From Escherichia coli (GTDB taxonomy: Bacteria; Pseudomonadota; Gammaproteobacteria; Enterobacterales; Enterobacteriaceae), in assembly GCF_003334355.1 (NCBI RefSeq), contig NZ_QOWP01000002.1: a stretch of 64,000 nucleotides of DNA. The stretch is one strand, 5' to 3'. The notes under the pieces were generated by a model, which saw only the letters and a list, made by a program, of their open reading frames with translations, made no database searches and was not told the origin of the DNA. The position numbers and the translations under genes are program-made. Of this stretch, positions 46,455 through 58,130 are shown one piece after another. How positions within the stretch are numbered: position 1 is the first letter of the stretch; each line of letters begins with the position of its first letter.

Positions 46455-46548
46455 GCTATCATCATTAACTTTATTTATTACCGTCATTCATTTCTGAATG
46501 TCTGTTTACCCCTATTTCAACCGGATGCCTCGCATCCGGTTTTTTTTT
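46455..46548 (+). ncRNA. micF: MicF antisense sRNA (represses ompF)
   Basis: gctatcatcattaactttatttattaccgtcattcatttctgaatgtctgtttacccctatttcaaccggatgcctcgcatccggttttttttt; divergent from ompC; ends in hairpin ccggatgc/gcatccgg plus T-run. Confidence 0.85.
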
Positions 46549-46858
46549 ACCCTTCTTTACACACTTTCATTATTCTGTGCTACCACAGAAAAACTATAAC
46601 TCTTGTTAACTATTTCACAAATAATTAACATCAGCATAATTTCCAGCAATCTTCGTTTATTTGCAATTAATTTCGTTGGGCTTTTTGTAGGTTATTTGTA
46701 CAGCAAAATGGCGCTTGTACATCTATTTCCCCCAATGCAGGATGATAAATATCACGGGAGAATAGAGAATCATCAATCAGGTAAGAGTCTGGAATTTCAC
46801 ACTGTACCCTTTATACTGCCCTATCACTTCGCGAAGTTTTAACAGGTCATAAACACGA

Positions 46859-49531
46859 ATGCGTCAGAAAGAGACAACGGCCACGACCCGCTTTTCACTC
46901 CTACCGGGGAGCATTACCCGCTTCTTTTTACTGTTGATCATTGTGTTACTGGTGACGATGGGTGTAATGGTACAAAGCGCCGTTAACGCCTGGCTGAAAG
47001 ATAAAAGTTACCAGATTGTCGACATTACCCATGCTATCCAAAAGCGCGTCGATAACTGGCGTTACGTGACCTGGCAGATCTACGACAACATTGCCGCGAC
47101 GACCTCCCCCTCCTCCGGCGAAGGTTTACAAGAGACGCGCCTGAAACAGGATGTCTACTATCTGGAGAAACCACGCCGCAAAACGGAAGCGTTAATCTTT
47201 GGCTCTCACGACAACTCAACGCTTGAGATGACTCAGCGGATGTCCACTTATCTGGATACATTGTGGGGCGCAGAAAATGTACCGTGGTCGATGTATTACC
47301 TGAATGGTCAGGATAACAGTCTGGTGCTGATCTCAACCCTACCCCTTAAAGATCTCACCTCCGGATTTAAAGAATCGACCGTCAGCGACATTGTTGATTC
47401 ACGTCGTGCAGAGATGTTGCAACAGGCCAACGCCCTCGATGAACGCGAAAGCTTTTCTAACATGCGCCGCCTGGCCTGGCAGAACGGTCATTACTTTACC
47501 TTGCGTACCACGTTCAACCAGCCGGGACATCTGGCAACGGTCGTGGCTTTTGATCTGCCGATTAATGATTTGATCCCACCGGGTATGCCGCTGGACAGTT
47601 TCCGCCTTGAGCCAGACGCGACGGCAACGGGAAACAATGATAATGAGAAAGAAGGGACGGATAGCGTCAGTATCCACTTTAACAGTACGAAGATTGAAAT
47701 CTCCTCGGCACTCAACTCTACCGATATGCGCCTGGTCTGGCAGGTTCCTTATGGCACCTTATTGCTGGATACGTTGCAAAACATTCTGCTGCCACTGCTG
47801 CTGAACATCGGTTTGCTGGCGCTGGCGTTATTTGGCTATACCACATTCCGCCATTTCTCCAGCCGCAGTACAGAAAACGTCCCCAGCACGGCGGTCAATA
47901 ACGAATTGCGCATTTTACGGGCAATCAATGAAGAGATAGTCTCACTGCTGCCGCTCGGCCTGCTGGTTCACGATCAGGAATCGAACCGCACTGTCATAAG
48001 TAACAAAATTGCCGATCATTTGCTGCCGCATTTGAATCTGCAAAACATCACCACCATGGCGGAACAGCATCAGGGGATTATTCAGGCGACGATCAATAAC
48101 GAGCTGTATGAGATCCGCATGTTCCGCAGCCAGGTCGCGCCGCGCACACAAATTTTCATTATTCGCGATCAGGATCGCGAAGTGCTGGTAAACAAGAAAC
48201 TCAAGCAGGCGCAGCGTCTGTATGAGAAAAACCAGCAGGGGCGGATGATCTTTATGAAAAACATTGGCGATGCGCTGAAAGAACCCGCACAGTCCCTGGC
48301 GGAGAGCGCGGCTAAACTCAACGCCCCGGAAAGCAAACAACTGGCGAATCAGGCAGATGTGCTGGTGCGGCTGGTTGATGAAATACAGTTAGCGAACATG
48401 CTTGCGGATGATAGCTGGAAAAGTGAGACGGTGCTGTTCTCCGTGCAGGATTTAATTGATGAAGTTGTGCCTTCAGTGTTGCCTGCCATCAAGCGTAAAG
48501 GTCTGCAACTGCTGATTAACAATCATCTGAAAGCACACGATATGCGCCGCGGCGATCGCGATGCCTTACGACGTATTTTGCTGCTACTGATGCAATATGC
48601 CGTGACCTCAACGCAATTGGGAAAAATCACCCTTGAGGTTGATCAGGATGAGTCCTCCGAAGACCGCCTGACGTTCCGCATTCTGGACACGGGAGAAGGC
48701 GTAAGTATTCATGAAATGGATAATTTGCACTTCCCGTTTATCAACCAGACCCAAAACGATCGCTATGGCAAGGCGGACCCGCTGGCATTCTGGCTGAGCG
48801 ATCAACTGGCACGTAAACTGGGCGGTCATTTAAACATCAAAACGCGGGATGGGCTTGGTACACGCTACTCTGTGCATATCAAAATGCTCGCAGCTGACCC
48901 GGAAGTTGAAGAGGAAGAAGAGCGTTTACTGGATGATGTCTGCGTAATGGTGGATGTTACTTCGGCAGAAATTCGGAATATTGTCACTCACCAGTTAGAA
49001 AATTGGGGTGCAACCTGTATCACACCCGATGAAAGATTAATTAGTCAAGATTATGATATCTTTTTAACGGATAATCCGTCTAATCTTACTGCCTCTGGCT
49101 TGCTTTTAAGCGATGATGAGTCTGGCGTACGGGAAATTGGGCCTGGTCAATTGTGCGTCAACTTCAATATGAGCAACGCTATGCAGGAAGCGGTCTTACA
49201 ATTAATTGAAGTGCAACTGGCGCAGGAAGAGGTGACAGAATCGCCTCTGGGCGGAGATGAAAATGCGCAACTCCATGCCAGCGGCTATTATGCGCTCTTT
49301 GTAGACACAGTACCGGATGATGTTAAGAGGCTGTATACTGAAGCAGCAACCAGTGACTTTGCTGCGTTAGCCCAAACGGCTCATCGTCTTAAAGGCGTAT
49401 TTGCCATGCTAAATCTGGTACCCGGCAAGCAGTTATGTGAAACGCTGGAACATCTGATTCGTGAGAAGGATGTTCCAGGAATAGAAAAATACATCAGCGA
49501 CATTGACAGTTATGTCAAGAGCTTGCTGTAG
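46859..49531 (+). CDS. rcsD: Rcs phosphorelay phosphotransfer protein RcsD (YojN), 890 aa
   Basis: Two TM segments, degenerate kinase-like core and C-terminal HPt domain; length matches. Confidence 0.9.
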   Translation: MRQKETTATTRFSLLPGSITRFFLLLIIVLLVTMGVMVQSAVNAWLKDKSYQIVDITHAIQKRVDNWRYVTWQIYDNIAATTSPSSGEGLQETRLKQDVYYLEKPRRKTEALIFGSHDNSTLEMTQRMSTYLDTLWGAENVPWSMYYLNGQDNSLVLISTLPLKDLTSGFKESTVSDIVDSRRAEMLQQANALDERESFSNMRRLAWQNGHYFTLRTTFNQPGHLATVVAFDLPINDLIPPGMPLDSFRLEPDATATGNNDNEKEGTDSVSIHFNSTKIEISSALNSTDMRLVWQVPYGTLLLDTLQNILLPLLLNIGLLALALFGYTTFRHFSSRSTENVPSTAVNNELRILRAINEEIVSLLPLGLLVHDQESNRTVISNKIADHLLPHLNLQNITTMAEQHQGIIQATINNELYEIRMFRSQVAPRTQIFIIRDQDREVLVNKKLKQAQRLYEKNQQGRMIFMKNIGDALKEPAQSLAESAAKLNAPESKQLANQADVLVRLVDEIQLANMLADDSWKSETVLFSVQDLIDEVVPSVLPAIKRKGLQLLINNHLKAHDMRRGDRDALRRILLLLMQYAVTSTQLGKITLEVDQDESSEDRLTFRILDTGEGVSIHEMDNLHFPFINQTQNDRYGKADPLAFWLSDQLARKLGGHLNIKTRDGLGTRYSVHIKMLAADPEVEEEEERLLDDVCVMVDVTSAEIRNIVTHQLENWGATCITPDERLISQDYDIFLTDNPSNLTASGLLLSDDESGVREIGPGQLCVNFNMSNAMQEAVLQLIEVQLAQEEVTESPLGGDENAQLHASGYYALFVDTVPDDVKRLYTEAATSDFAALAQTAHRLKGVFAMLNLVPGKQLCETLEHLIREKDVPGIEKYISDIDSYVKSLL

Positions 49532-49547
49532 CAAGGTAGCCTATTAC

Positions 49548-50198
49548 ATGAACAATATGAACGTAATTATTGCCGATGACCATCCGATAGTCTTGTTCGG
49601 TATTCGCAAATCACTTGAGCAAATTGAGTGGGTGAATGTTGTCGGCGAATTTGAAGACTCTACAGCACTGATCAACAACCTGCCGAAACTGGATGCGCAT
49701 GTGTTGATTACCGATCTCTCCATGCCTGGCGATAAGTACGGCGATGGCATTACCTTAATCAAGTACATCAAGCGCCATTTCCCAAGCCTGTCGATCATTG
49801 TTCTGACTATGAACAACAACCCGGCGATTCTTAGTGCGGTATTGGATCTGGATATCGAAGGGATCGTGCTGAAACAAGGTGCACCGACCGATCTGCCGAA
49901 AGCTCTCGCCGCGCTGCAGAAAGGGAAGAAATTTACCCCGGAAAGCGTTTCTCGCCTGTTGGAAAAAATCAGTGCTGGTGGTTACGGTGACAAGCGTCTC
50001 TCGCCAAAAGAGAGTGAAGTTCTGCGCCTGTTTGCGGAAGGCTTCCTGGTGACCGAGATCGCTAAAAAGCTGAACCGCAGTATTAAAACCATCAGTAGCC
50101 AGAAGAAATCTGCGATGATGAAGCTGGGTGTCGAGAACGATATCGCCCTGCTGAATTATCTCTCTTCAGTGACCTTAAGTCCGGCAGATAAAGACTAA
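49548..50198 (+). CDS. rcsB: Response regulator RcsB, 216 aa
   Basis: Receiver domain (MNNMNVIIADDHP...) plus LuxR-type HTH; ATG at 49548 gives 216 aa. Confidence 0.9.
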   Translation: MNNMNVIIADDHPIVLFGIRKSLEQIEWVNVVGEFEDSTALINNLPKLDAHVLITDLSMPGDKYGDGITLIKYIKRHFPSLSIIVLTMNNNPAILSAVLDLDIEGIVLKQGAPTDLPKALAALQKGKKFTPESVSRLLEKISAGGYGDKRLSPKESEVLRLFAEGFLVTEIAKKLNRSIKTISSQKKSAMMKLGVENDIALLNYLSSVTLSPADKD

Positions 50199-50204
50199 TC
50201 ACCT

Positions 50205-50397
<193 letters not shown>

Positions 50398-50404
<7 letters not shown>

Positions 50405-53247
50405 TCCCGCGATTTCCTGACCCTCTCGGCATATACCGTCAGCGTCTGTTTTATCACATCCAGCGTTACCGGCTTCGACAGGCAGCTGTCCATACCGGAC
50501 TCCAGACACCGCTGCTTCTCTTCAGCCAACGCATTAGCAGTTACTCCGATTACCGGCAACGTCAGTCCCAACTGACGAATGCGTTGCGTCAAGCGGTAAC
50601 CATCCATATTTGGCATGTTGACGTCGCTAAGCACGATATCAATATGATTCTTGCTAAGTACATTAAGCGCATCGACACCATCATTCGCGGTTTTACATTG
50701 ATAGCCCAACGATCCCAACTGATCTGCCAGCAGACGTCGGTTAATCGGATGATCATCCACGACCAGAATCATCATATCGTCATTATCGCTGACCGCTTTG
50801 TCCGTCGACGGCAGAGCGTTAGCAGGATCGTCGCTCTCCATCTCGATCAAATAAATACGCGCCAACAATGCCGGTAGCTCATGCGGGGCAGCCACACTGT
50901 GTACCCACTCCCCTGGCGCTTTCTCCAGCGGAATACCAATATGGCGACGACAGAAGGTCACTACCGCTCTACCCTGCCATTTTTTACTCACTACCTCGTC
51001 AGTAATTAACACATCTTCGGGAGTCGGTTCCTGCCCTTCGTATGTTGTAACGACGATGCCGCTGCGCTGCAAACTGGTTTCCAGGAACTGACAGAGCGAC
51101 GCATTGCGGACCGCCAGCCAGCAGCGTTTACCACTCAACCCTTCCACGCCTTTTTTCTGCGGGTACTGAGCGCCGTACAACGGAATACGCACGGTAAACT
51201 GGCTGCCCATTCCCGGTTCTGAATCTACCGAGATATCGCCGTCCATCATGCTGATCAGTTTTTCACAAATCGCCAGACCCAGACCGGTCCCCTGGAAGTT
51301 TCGCTGTACGCCCGTTCCGACCTGGAAGAAGGGATCAAACAAGCGCACCACTTCTTTCGCCGGAATCCCCACGCCGGTATCGCGAACACGGATAGAGAGA
51401 TAATCGCCATCAGCGCGGACATGCAAAACTATACAGCCGGTATCGGTGAATTTTATGGCGTTACTCAACAGGTTGGAGATGACCTGCTGTAAACGCATCG
51501 GGTCGCCATTTAAGGCCACTGGCACATCCGGTTCAATAAAGCAGTACAAGCCTAACTGCTTGCGTACCACCAGCGGTAAATAGTTGGCGGTGATGTGGTT
51601 CATCACTTCACGCGGTGAAAACTCACGCGGTTCGATCTTCAACTGTTCCGATTCAATCTTCGAGAAATCGAGAATATCGCTGATAATTTTCAACAACAGG
51701 CTGGAAGAGTTGTTCATTGCCGTCACCAGCCGATCGACGCCTTTCGGTAACTCTTTGGTTTGCAACAGATCCAGGTTACCGATAATGCCATACAGCGGCG
51801 TTCGCAGCTCATGACTGACGGTGGCAAGGAACATCGATTTTGACTGGCTCGCCTGTTCCGCTGCTTGTGCCATCTCCTGCAACGACTCTTCCATCTTCAC
51901 GCGCGAAGAAACATCCACCAGCACACAAATGGCCACGTTTTCATTACGATAGCGCGAATGGACGAAGCTGATTTGCAGATTGGTATTGTTGCTGGTCAGG
52001 ACATCAACAAAATTGACCTGCTGCCCACAGATAATTTGCGTCAGTCGTTGGCGGTCCTCATGCGTAAGCATATTGAGATAGGTATGCGCCAGTTCGTTAC
52101 TTAAAATATTGACGCCATCAGCGGTACGCAAAATGCAGATACCCACTGGCGCGGAGGCGACAATCTTGCGATTGAACTGCTCATGTTCTTCCAGTCGCAG
52201 GGCGTCGCTTTCCGCCGGAATGAAAATACGTCGCTCGTACATCCGTGCGAGAGTAAACAATGCAGCTCCGGCAAGCACATTCAGCAAAATTGCGTTAAGG
52301 ATCAACATGCGAATGCGTTCCAGCACCTTATCAACCGGCACCGAATACACGATGCTTAGCGATGAGGGTGGCAGATTTTTCTTCAGCACCAGCTCCCGGA
52401 ACCCTTCCGTATAGCCAAACCAGGAGCGTTCCTGCATCCAGCGAGGATCGCCCTTAATTTTACTTTCTGGTCCGGTAAGCGAAATCAGGGTATGACCATT
52501 TTCATCAAGAATGGTAACCCCCATCGGCAACGTACCCGGTAAGAAAAAGTTCTCCATCCGGATGGTCTGCTCGACACCCAAAAGCGCCTGCAACCGGTTC
52601 GCCAGATAAACTGGCGTCAACGCGTAAAAATACCCGACGCCAGGGCGCGGACCTTCGCTGATCCAGTAGAGGTTACTGCCGCTATCATCTTGTGGTGCAT
52701 TTCGATATTTATTGATGCGTTCATGCAAAGCTTTCAACGCGGTATCGCGTTCCACTGGCATATCACGCAGACCGAAATTGGCCATGCAGAGGTTATCGCT
52801 GCCGATTAAAAATACCCGGTTTAGATCGTAAGCCGCAGAAAAATTATCGCGCCAGTAGCGCATAAACCACGCCAATGACTCCAGAGAACCTCGCCAGGTG
52901 TTACTCATTGCGGAACAATCGGAGTCGGCAAACAGCGGTTCAAACGCAGGCACATCCGCCTGCGTTTCTCGTCCACGCGGGGAAAGCACACCGTTTTCTG
53001 CCGATAAGCGATTTTCGGCGATGTACTTCAGCTCTTTCATCACATCAGAGGTGCGTTGAATAAAGCGCTGAGCCTGATCGGAACTCAGATTAAATTCCTG
53101 ACGAATTTCCGATTCTCGCTGATGTAACGCATTAACGATGTAAAAAACGGATGAAAAAGCAATCAACAGCCAGAGCACTAACGCCAATGCTCTGAACATG
53201 TAGCGCGAGGCTTTCAGGGTTGTACGAAAAGAAGCAAGGTATTTCAA
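50398..53247 (-). CDS. rcsC: Hybrid sensor histidine kinase RcsC, 949 aa
   Basis: Periplasmic sensor region, HisKA/HATPase core and C-terminal receiver domain; length matches. Confidence 0.9.
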
Positions 53248-53413
53248 AGGGGCGAAGCTCCGCCTCAGGTGACCGATGGAGTGTGGTTAAGGTAGCGGTA
53301 AAAGCGTGTTACCGCAATGTTCTCTCTTCTCTGGAATATGATACACCGCCGAGAAATCATCACCTTAACCTCTGATAATCGTCATATACCGGACAAGACT
53401 AGTGGATTTCAGC

Positions 53414-55240
53414 ATGCATTATATGAAGTGGATTTATCCACGCCGCTTACGCAATCAAATGATCCTGATGGCAATCCTGATGGTCATTGTCCCAACGCTT
53501 ACTATTGGTTATATCGTAGAAACGGAAGGACGTTCAGCAGTCTTATCTGAAAAAGAGAAAAAACTTTCTGCCGTGGTCAACCTGCTTAATCAGGCACTAG
53601 GCGATCGCTATGATCTCTACATCGACTTACCACGTGAGGAGCGTATCCGCGCATTAAATGTAGAACTTGCCCCCATTACCGAAAATATCACTCACGCCTT
53701 CCCTGGCATCGGTGCTGGTTATTACAACAAAATGCTGGATGCGATAATCACCTACGCGCCTTCAGCGCTATATCAGAATAATGTCGGCGTTACCATTGCC
53801 GCAGATCACCCTGGTCGCGAAGTCATGCGTACAAATACCCCTTTGGTTTATTCAGGCAGGCAGGTGCGCGGCGATATTTTGAATTCAATGCTCCCCATTG
53901 AGCGTAATGGTGAAATCCTCGGCTATATCTGGGCCAATGAATTAACCGAAGATATTCGCCGCCAGGCCTGGAAAATGGATGTGAGGATTATCATTGTGCT
54001 CACCGCCGGTTTGCTGATAAGCCTGCTATTGATTGTCCTTTTCTCCCGTCGCCTGAGCGCCAATATTGATATCATCACCGATGGCCTCTCGACTCTGGCA
54101 CAAAATATTCCCACTCGATTACCACAATTGCCCGGTGAAATGGGGCAAATCAGTCAGAGTGTTAATAACCTCGCCCAGGCACTGCGTGAAACGCGGACAC
54201 TTAACGATCTGATTATTGAAAACGCTGCCGATGGCGTCATTGCCATTGACCGCCAGGGTGATGTAACCACCATGAACCCAGCAGCAGAAGTTATCACTGG
54301 CTATCAACGCCATGAACTGGTAGGGCAGCCTTACTCCATGTTGTTCGACAATACTCAGTTCTACAGTCCAGTACTGGATACGCTGGAACATGGCACCGAA
54401 CATGTGGCGCTGGAGATCAGTTTTCCAGGTCGTGACCGCACCATTGAACTCAGTGTCACTACCAGTCGTATTCATAACACGCACGGTGAAATGATAGGTG
54501 CTTTGGTGATTTTCTCTGATTTAACTGCCCGCAAAGAAACCCAGCGCCGCATGGCGCAAGCAGAACGCCTCGCCACACTGGGTGAGCTGATGGCTGGCGT
54601 CGCGCATGAAGTACGTAATCCGTTAACGGCTATTCGTGGTTATGTACAGATCTTGCGCCAACAAACCAGCGACCTAATACATCAGGAATATCTGTCCGTA
54701 GTACTCAAAGAAATCGATTCAATTAACAAAGTTATTCAGCAATTGCTCGAATTTTCACGTCCACGCCACAGTCAATGGCAACAAGTCAGCCTCAATGCAT
54801 TGGTTGAAGAAACTCTGGTACTGGTACAAACCGCCGGCGTACAAGCGCGGGTCGACTTCATAAGCGAACTGGATAATGAATTAAACCCGATTAACGCCGA
54901 TCGTGAACTGCTCAAACAGGTACTACTGAATATCCTGATCAATGCCGTCCAGGCTATCAGCGCACGAGGGAAAATTCGCATTCAAACCTGGCAATACAGC
55001 GACTCACAACAGGCCATTTCGATAGAGGACAACGGCTGTGGCATTGATCTCTCGCTGCAAAAAAAGATCTTCGATCCCTTTTTCACCACCAAAGCCTCAG
55101 GAACCGGGCTTGGTCTGGCGTTAAGTCAACGCATCATTAATGCCCATCAGGGTGATATTCGCGTCGCCAGTTTGCCGGGCTACGGCGCAACCTTCACGCT
55201 TATTTTACCGATCAACCCGCAGGGAAATCAGACTGTATGA
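53414..55240 (+). CDS. atoS: Sensor histidine kinase AtoS, 608 aa
   Basis: TM/HAMP/PAS regions followed by H-box (AHEVRNPL) and ATPase motifs; ATG at 53414 gives 608 aa. Confidence 0.9.
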   Translation: MHYMKWIYPRRLRNQMILMAILMVIVPTLTIGYIVETEGRSAVLSEKEKKLSAVVNLLNQALGDRYDLYIDLPREERIRALNVELAPITENITHAFPGIGAGYYNKMLDAIITYAPSALYQNNVGVTIAADHPGREVMRTNTPLVYSGRQVRGDILNSMLPIERNGEILGYIWANELTEDIRRQAWKMDVRIIIVLTAGLLISLLLIVLFSRRLSANIDIITDGLSTLAQNIPTRLPQLPGEMGQISQSVNNLAQALRETRTLNDLIIENAADGVIAIDRQGDVTTMNPAAEVITGYQRHELVGQPYSMLFDNTQFYSPVLDTLEHGTEHVALEISFPGRDRTIELSVTTSRIHNTHGEMIGALVIFSDLTARKETQRRMAQAERLATLGELMAGVAHEVRNPLTAIRGYVQILRQQTSDLIHQEYLSVVLKEIDSINKVIQQLLEFSRPRHSQWQQVSLNALVEETLVLVQTAGVQARVDFISELDNELNPINADRELLKQVLLNILINAVQAISARGKIRIQTWQYSDSQQAISIEDNGCGIDLSLQKKIFDPFFTTKASGTGLGLALSQRIINAHQGDIRVASLPGYGATFTLILPINPQGNQTV

Positions 55241-56622
55241 CTGCTATTAATCGCATCCTTATTGTGGATGATGAAGATAATGTTCGCCGTATGCTAAGCA
55301 CCGCTTTTGCACTACAAGGATTCGAAACACATTGTGCGAACAACGGACGCACAGCATTACACCTGTTTGCCGATATTCACCCTGATGTGGTGTTGATGGA
55401 TATCCGCATGCCAGAGATGGACGGCATCAAGGCACTAAAGGAGATGCGCAGCCATGAGACCCGGACACCCGTTATTCTGATGACGGCCTATGCGGAAGTG
55501 GAAACCGCCGTCGAAGCGCTACGCTGCGGAGCCTTCGACTATGTTATTAAACCGTTTGATCTCGATGAGTTGAATTTAATCGTTCAGCGCGCTTTACAAC
55601 TCCAGTCAATGAAAAAAGAGATCCGTCATCTGCACCAGGCACTGAGCACCAGCTGGCAATGGGGGCACATTCTCACCAACAGCCCGGCGATGATGGACAT
55701 CTGCAAAGACACCGCCAAAATTGCCCTTTCTCAGGCCAGCGTCTTGATTAGCGGTGAAAGCGGCACCGGGAAAGAGTTGATTGCCAGAGCGATTCACTAC
55801 AATTCGCGGCGGGCAAAGGGGCCGTTCATTAAAGTCAACTGCGCGGCGCTGCCGGAATCGTTGCTCGAAAGTGAACTGTTTGGTCATGAAAAAGGTGCAT
55901 TTACTGGTGCACAAACCTTGCGTCAGGGATTATTTGAACGAGCCAACGAAGGTACTCTGCTCCTCGACGAAATTGGCGAAATGCCGCTGGTACTACAAGC
56001 CAAATTACTACGCATTCTACAGGAACGGGAATTTGAACGGATTGGCGGCCATCAGACCATAAAAGTTGATATCCGCATCATTGGTGCCACCAACCGTGAC
56101 TTGCAGGCAATGGTAAAAGAAGGCACCTTCCGTGAAGATCTCTTTTATCGCCTTAACGTTATTCATTTAATACTGCCGCCTCTGCGCGATCGCCGGGAAG
56201 ATATTTCCCTGTTAGCTAATCACTTTTTGCAAAAATTCAGTAGTGAGAATCAGCGCGATATTATCGACATCGATCCGATGGCAATGTCACTGCTTACCGC
56301 CTGGTCATGGCCGGGAAATATTCGAGAGCTTTCCAACGTTATTGAACGCGCCGTCGTGATGAATTCAGGCCCGATCATTTTTTCTGAGGATCTTCCGCCA
56401 CAGATTCGTCAGCCAGTCTGTAATGCTGGCGAGGTAAAAACAGCCCCTGTCGGTGAGCGTAATTTTAAAGAGGAAATTAAACGCGTCGAAAAACGCATCA
56501 TTATGGAAGTGCTGGAACAACAAGAAGGAAACCGAACCCGCACTGCTTTAATGCTGGGCATCAGTCGCCGTGCATTGATGTATAAACTCCAGGAATACGG
56601 TATCGATCCGGCGGATGTATAA
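55237..56622 (+). CDS. atoC: Sigma-54-dependent response regulator AtoC, 461 aa
   Basis: Receiver domain, AAA+ core with GESGTGKE Walker A and GAFTGA motif, C-terminal HTH; 4-bp overlap with atoS. Confidence 0.9.
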   Translation: MTAINRILIVDDEDNVRRMLSTAFALQGFETHCANNGRTALHLFADIHPDVVLMDIRMPEMDGIKALKEMRSHETRTPVILMTAYAEVETAVEALRCGAFDYVIKPFDLDELNLIVQRALQLQSMKKEIRHLHQALSTSWQWGHILTNSPAMMDICKDTAKIALSQASVLISGESGTGKELIARAIHYNSRRAKGPFIKVNCAALPESLLESELFGHEKGAFTGAQTLRQGLFERANEGTLLLDEIGEMPLVLQAKLLRILQEREFERIGGHQTIKVDIRIIGATNRDLQAMVKEGTFREDLFYRLNVIHLILPPLRDRREDISLLANHFLQKFSSENQRDIIDIDPMAMSLLTAWSWPGNIRELSNVIERAVVMNSGPIIFSEDLPPQIRQPVCNAGEVKTAPVGERNFKEEIKRVEKRIIMEVLEQQEGNRTRTALMLGISRRALMYKLQEYGIDPADV

Positions 56623-56633
56623 CACCAAAACTT

Positions 56634-56674
56634 GCTATGCAGAAATTTGCACAGTGCGCAATTTTCTGCATAGC
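56634..56674. promoter_or_regulatory. AtoC operator (palindromic enhancer) upstream of atoDAEB
   Basis: Perfect 12-bp arms gctatgcagaaa ... tttctgcatagc (56634-56645 / 56663-56674) around a 17-bp core; matches the AtoC cis element as I recall it. Confidence 0.6.
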
Positions 56675-56756
56675 CGCTCATTCTCCTTATAAATCCCCAT
56701 CCAATTTATCCCTTCATATTCAATTAGTTAAATAACTAAATCCAATAATCTCATTC

Positions 56757-56772
56757 TGGCACTCCCCTTGCT
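56757..56772 (+). promoter_or_regulatory. Sigma-54 (-24/-12) promoter of atoDAEB
   Basis: TGGCAC-N5-TTGCT at 56757-56772, about 45 bp upstream of the atoD ATG. Confidence 0.6.
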
Positions 56773-56817
56773 ATTGCCTGACTGTACCCACAACGGTGTA
56801 TGCAAGAGGGATAAAAA

Positions 56818-57480
56818 ATGAAAACAAAATTGATGACATTACAAGACGCCACCGGCTTCTTTCGTGACGGCATGACCATCATGGTGGGCGGATTTATGGG
56901 GATTGGCACTCCATCCCGCCTGGTTGAAGCATTACTGGAATCTGGTGTTCGCGACCTGACATTGATAGCCAATGATACCGCGTTTGTTGATACCGGCATC
57001 GGTCCGCTCATCGTCAATGGTCGAGTCCGCAAAGTGATTGCTTCACATATCGGCACCAACCCGGAAACAGGTCGGCGCATGATATCTGGTGAGATGGACG
57101 TCGTTCTGGTGCCGCAAGGTACGCTAATCGAGCAAATTCGCTGTGGTGGAGCTGGACTTGGTGGTTTTCTCACCCCAACGGGTGTCGGCACCGTCGTAGA
57201 GGAAGGCAAACAGACACTGACACTCGACGGTAAAACCTGGCTGCTCGAACGCCCACTGCGCGCCGACCTGGCGCTAATTCGCGCTCATCGTTGCGACACA
57301 CTTGGCAACCTGACCTATCAACTTAGCGCCCGCAACTTTAACCCCCTGATAGCCCTTGCAGCTGATATCACGCTGGTAGAGCCAGATGAACTGGTCGAAA
57401 CCGGCGAGCTGCAACCTGACCATATTGTCACCCCTGGTGCCGTTATCGACCACATCATCGTTTCACAGGAGAGCAAATAA
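56818..57480 (+). CDS. atoD: Acetate CoA-transferase alpha subunit AtoD, 220 aa
   Basis: CoA-transferase family I subunit A sequence; length matches. Confidence 0.9.
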   Translation: MKTKLMTLQDATGFFRDGMTIMVGGFMGIGTPSRLVEALLESGVRDLTLIANDTAFVDTGIGPLIVNGRVRKVIASHIGTNPETGRRMISGEMDVVLVPQGTLIEQIRCGGAGLGGFLTPTGVGTVVEEGKQTLTLDGKTWLLERPLRADLALIRAHRCDTLGNLTYQLSARNFNPLIALAADITLVEPDELVETGELQPDHIVTPGAVIDHIIVSQESK

Positions 57481-58130
57481 TGGATGCGAAACAACGTATT
57501 GCGCGCCGTGTGGCGCAAGAGCTTCGTGATGGTGACATCGTTAACTTAGGGATCGGTTTACCCACAATGGTCGCCAATTATTTACCGGAGGGTATTCATA
57601 TCACTCTGCAATCGGAAAACGGCTTCCTCGGTTTAGGCCCGGTCACGACAGCGCATCCAGATCTGGTGAACGCTGGCGGACAACCGTGCGGTGTTTTACC
57701 CGGTGCAGCCATGTTTGATAGCGCCATGTCATTTGCGCTAATCCGTGGCGGTCATATTGATGCCTGCGTGCTCGGCGGTTTGCAAGTAGACGAAGAAGCA
57801 AACCTCGCGAACTGGGTAGTGCCTGGGAAAATGGTGCCCGGTATGGGTGGCGCGATGGATCTGGTGACCGGGTCGCGCAAAGTGATCATCGCCATGGAAC
57901 ATTGCGCCAAAGATGGTTCAGCAAAAATTTTGCGCCGCTGCACCATGCCACTCACTGCACAACATGCGGTGCATATGCTGGTTACTGAACTGGCTGTCTT
58001 TCGTTTTATTGACGGCAAAATGTGGCTCACCGAAATTGCCGACGGGTGTGATTTAGCCACCGTGCGTGCCAAAACAGAAGCTCGGTTTGAAGTCGCCGCC
58101 GATCTGAATACGCAACGGGGTGATTTATGA
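57480..58130 (+). CDS. atoA: Acetate CoA-transferase beta subunit AtoA, 216 aa
   Basis: CoA-transferase subunit B sequence; 1-nt overlap with atoD. Confidence 0.9.
   Translation: MDAKQRIARRVAQELRDGDIVNLGIGLPTMVANYLPEGIHITLQSENGFLGLGPVTTAHPDLVNAGGQPCGVLPGAAMFDSAMSFALIRGGHIDACVLGGLQVDEEANLANWVVPGKMVPGMGGAMDLVTGSRKVIIAMEHCAKDGSAKILRRCTMPLTAQHAVHMLVTELAVFRFIDGKMWLTEIADGCDLATVRAKTEARFEVAADLNTQRGDL

Noticed and set aside
46603-46842. 79-aa ORF in the micF-rcsD intergenic region
   Set aside because: Low-complexity, AT-rich reading frame in the rcsD promoter region, with no Shine-Dalgarno.
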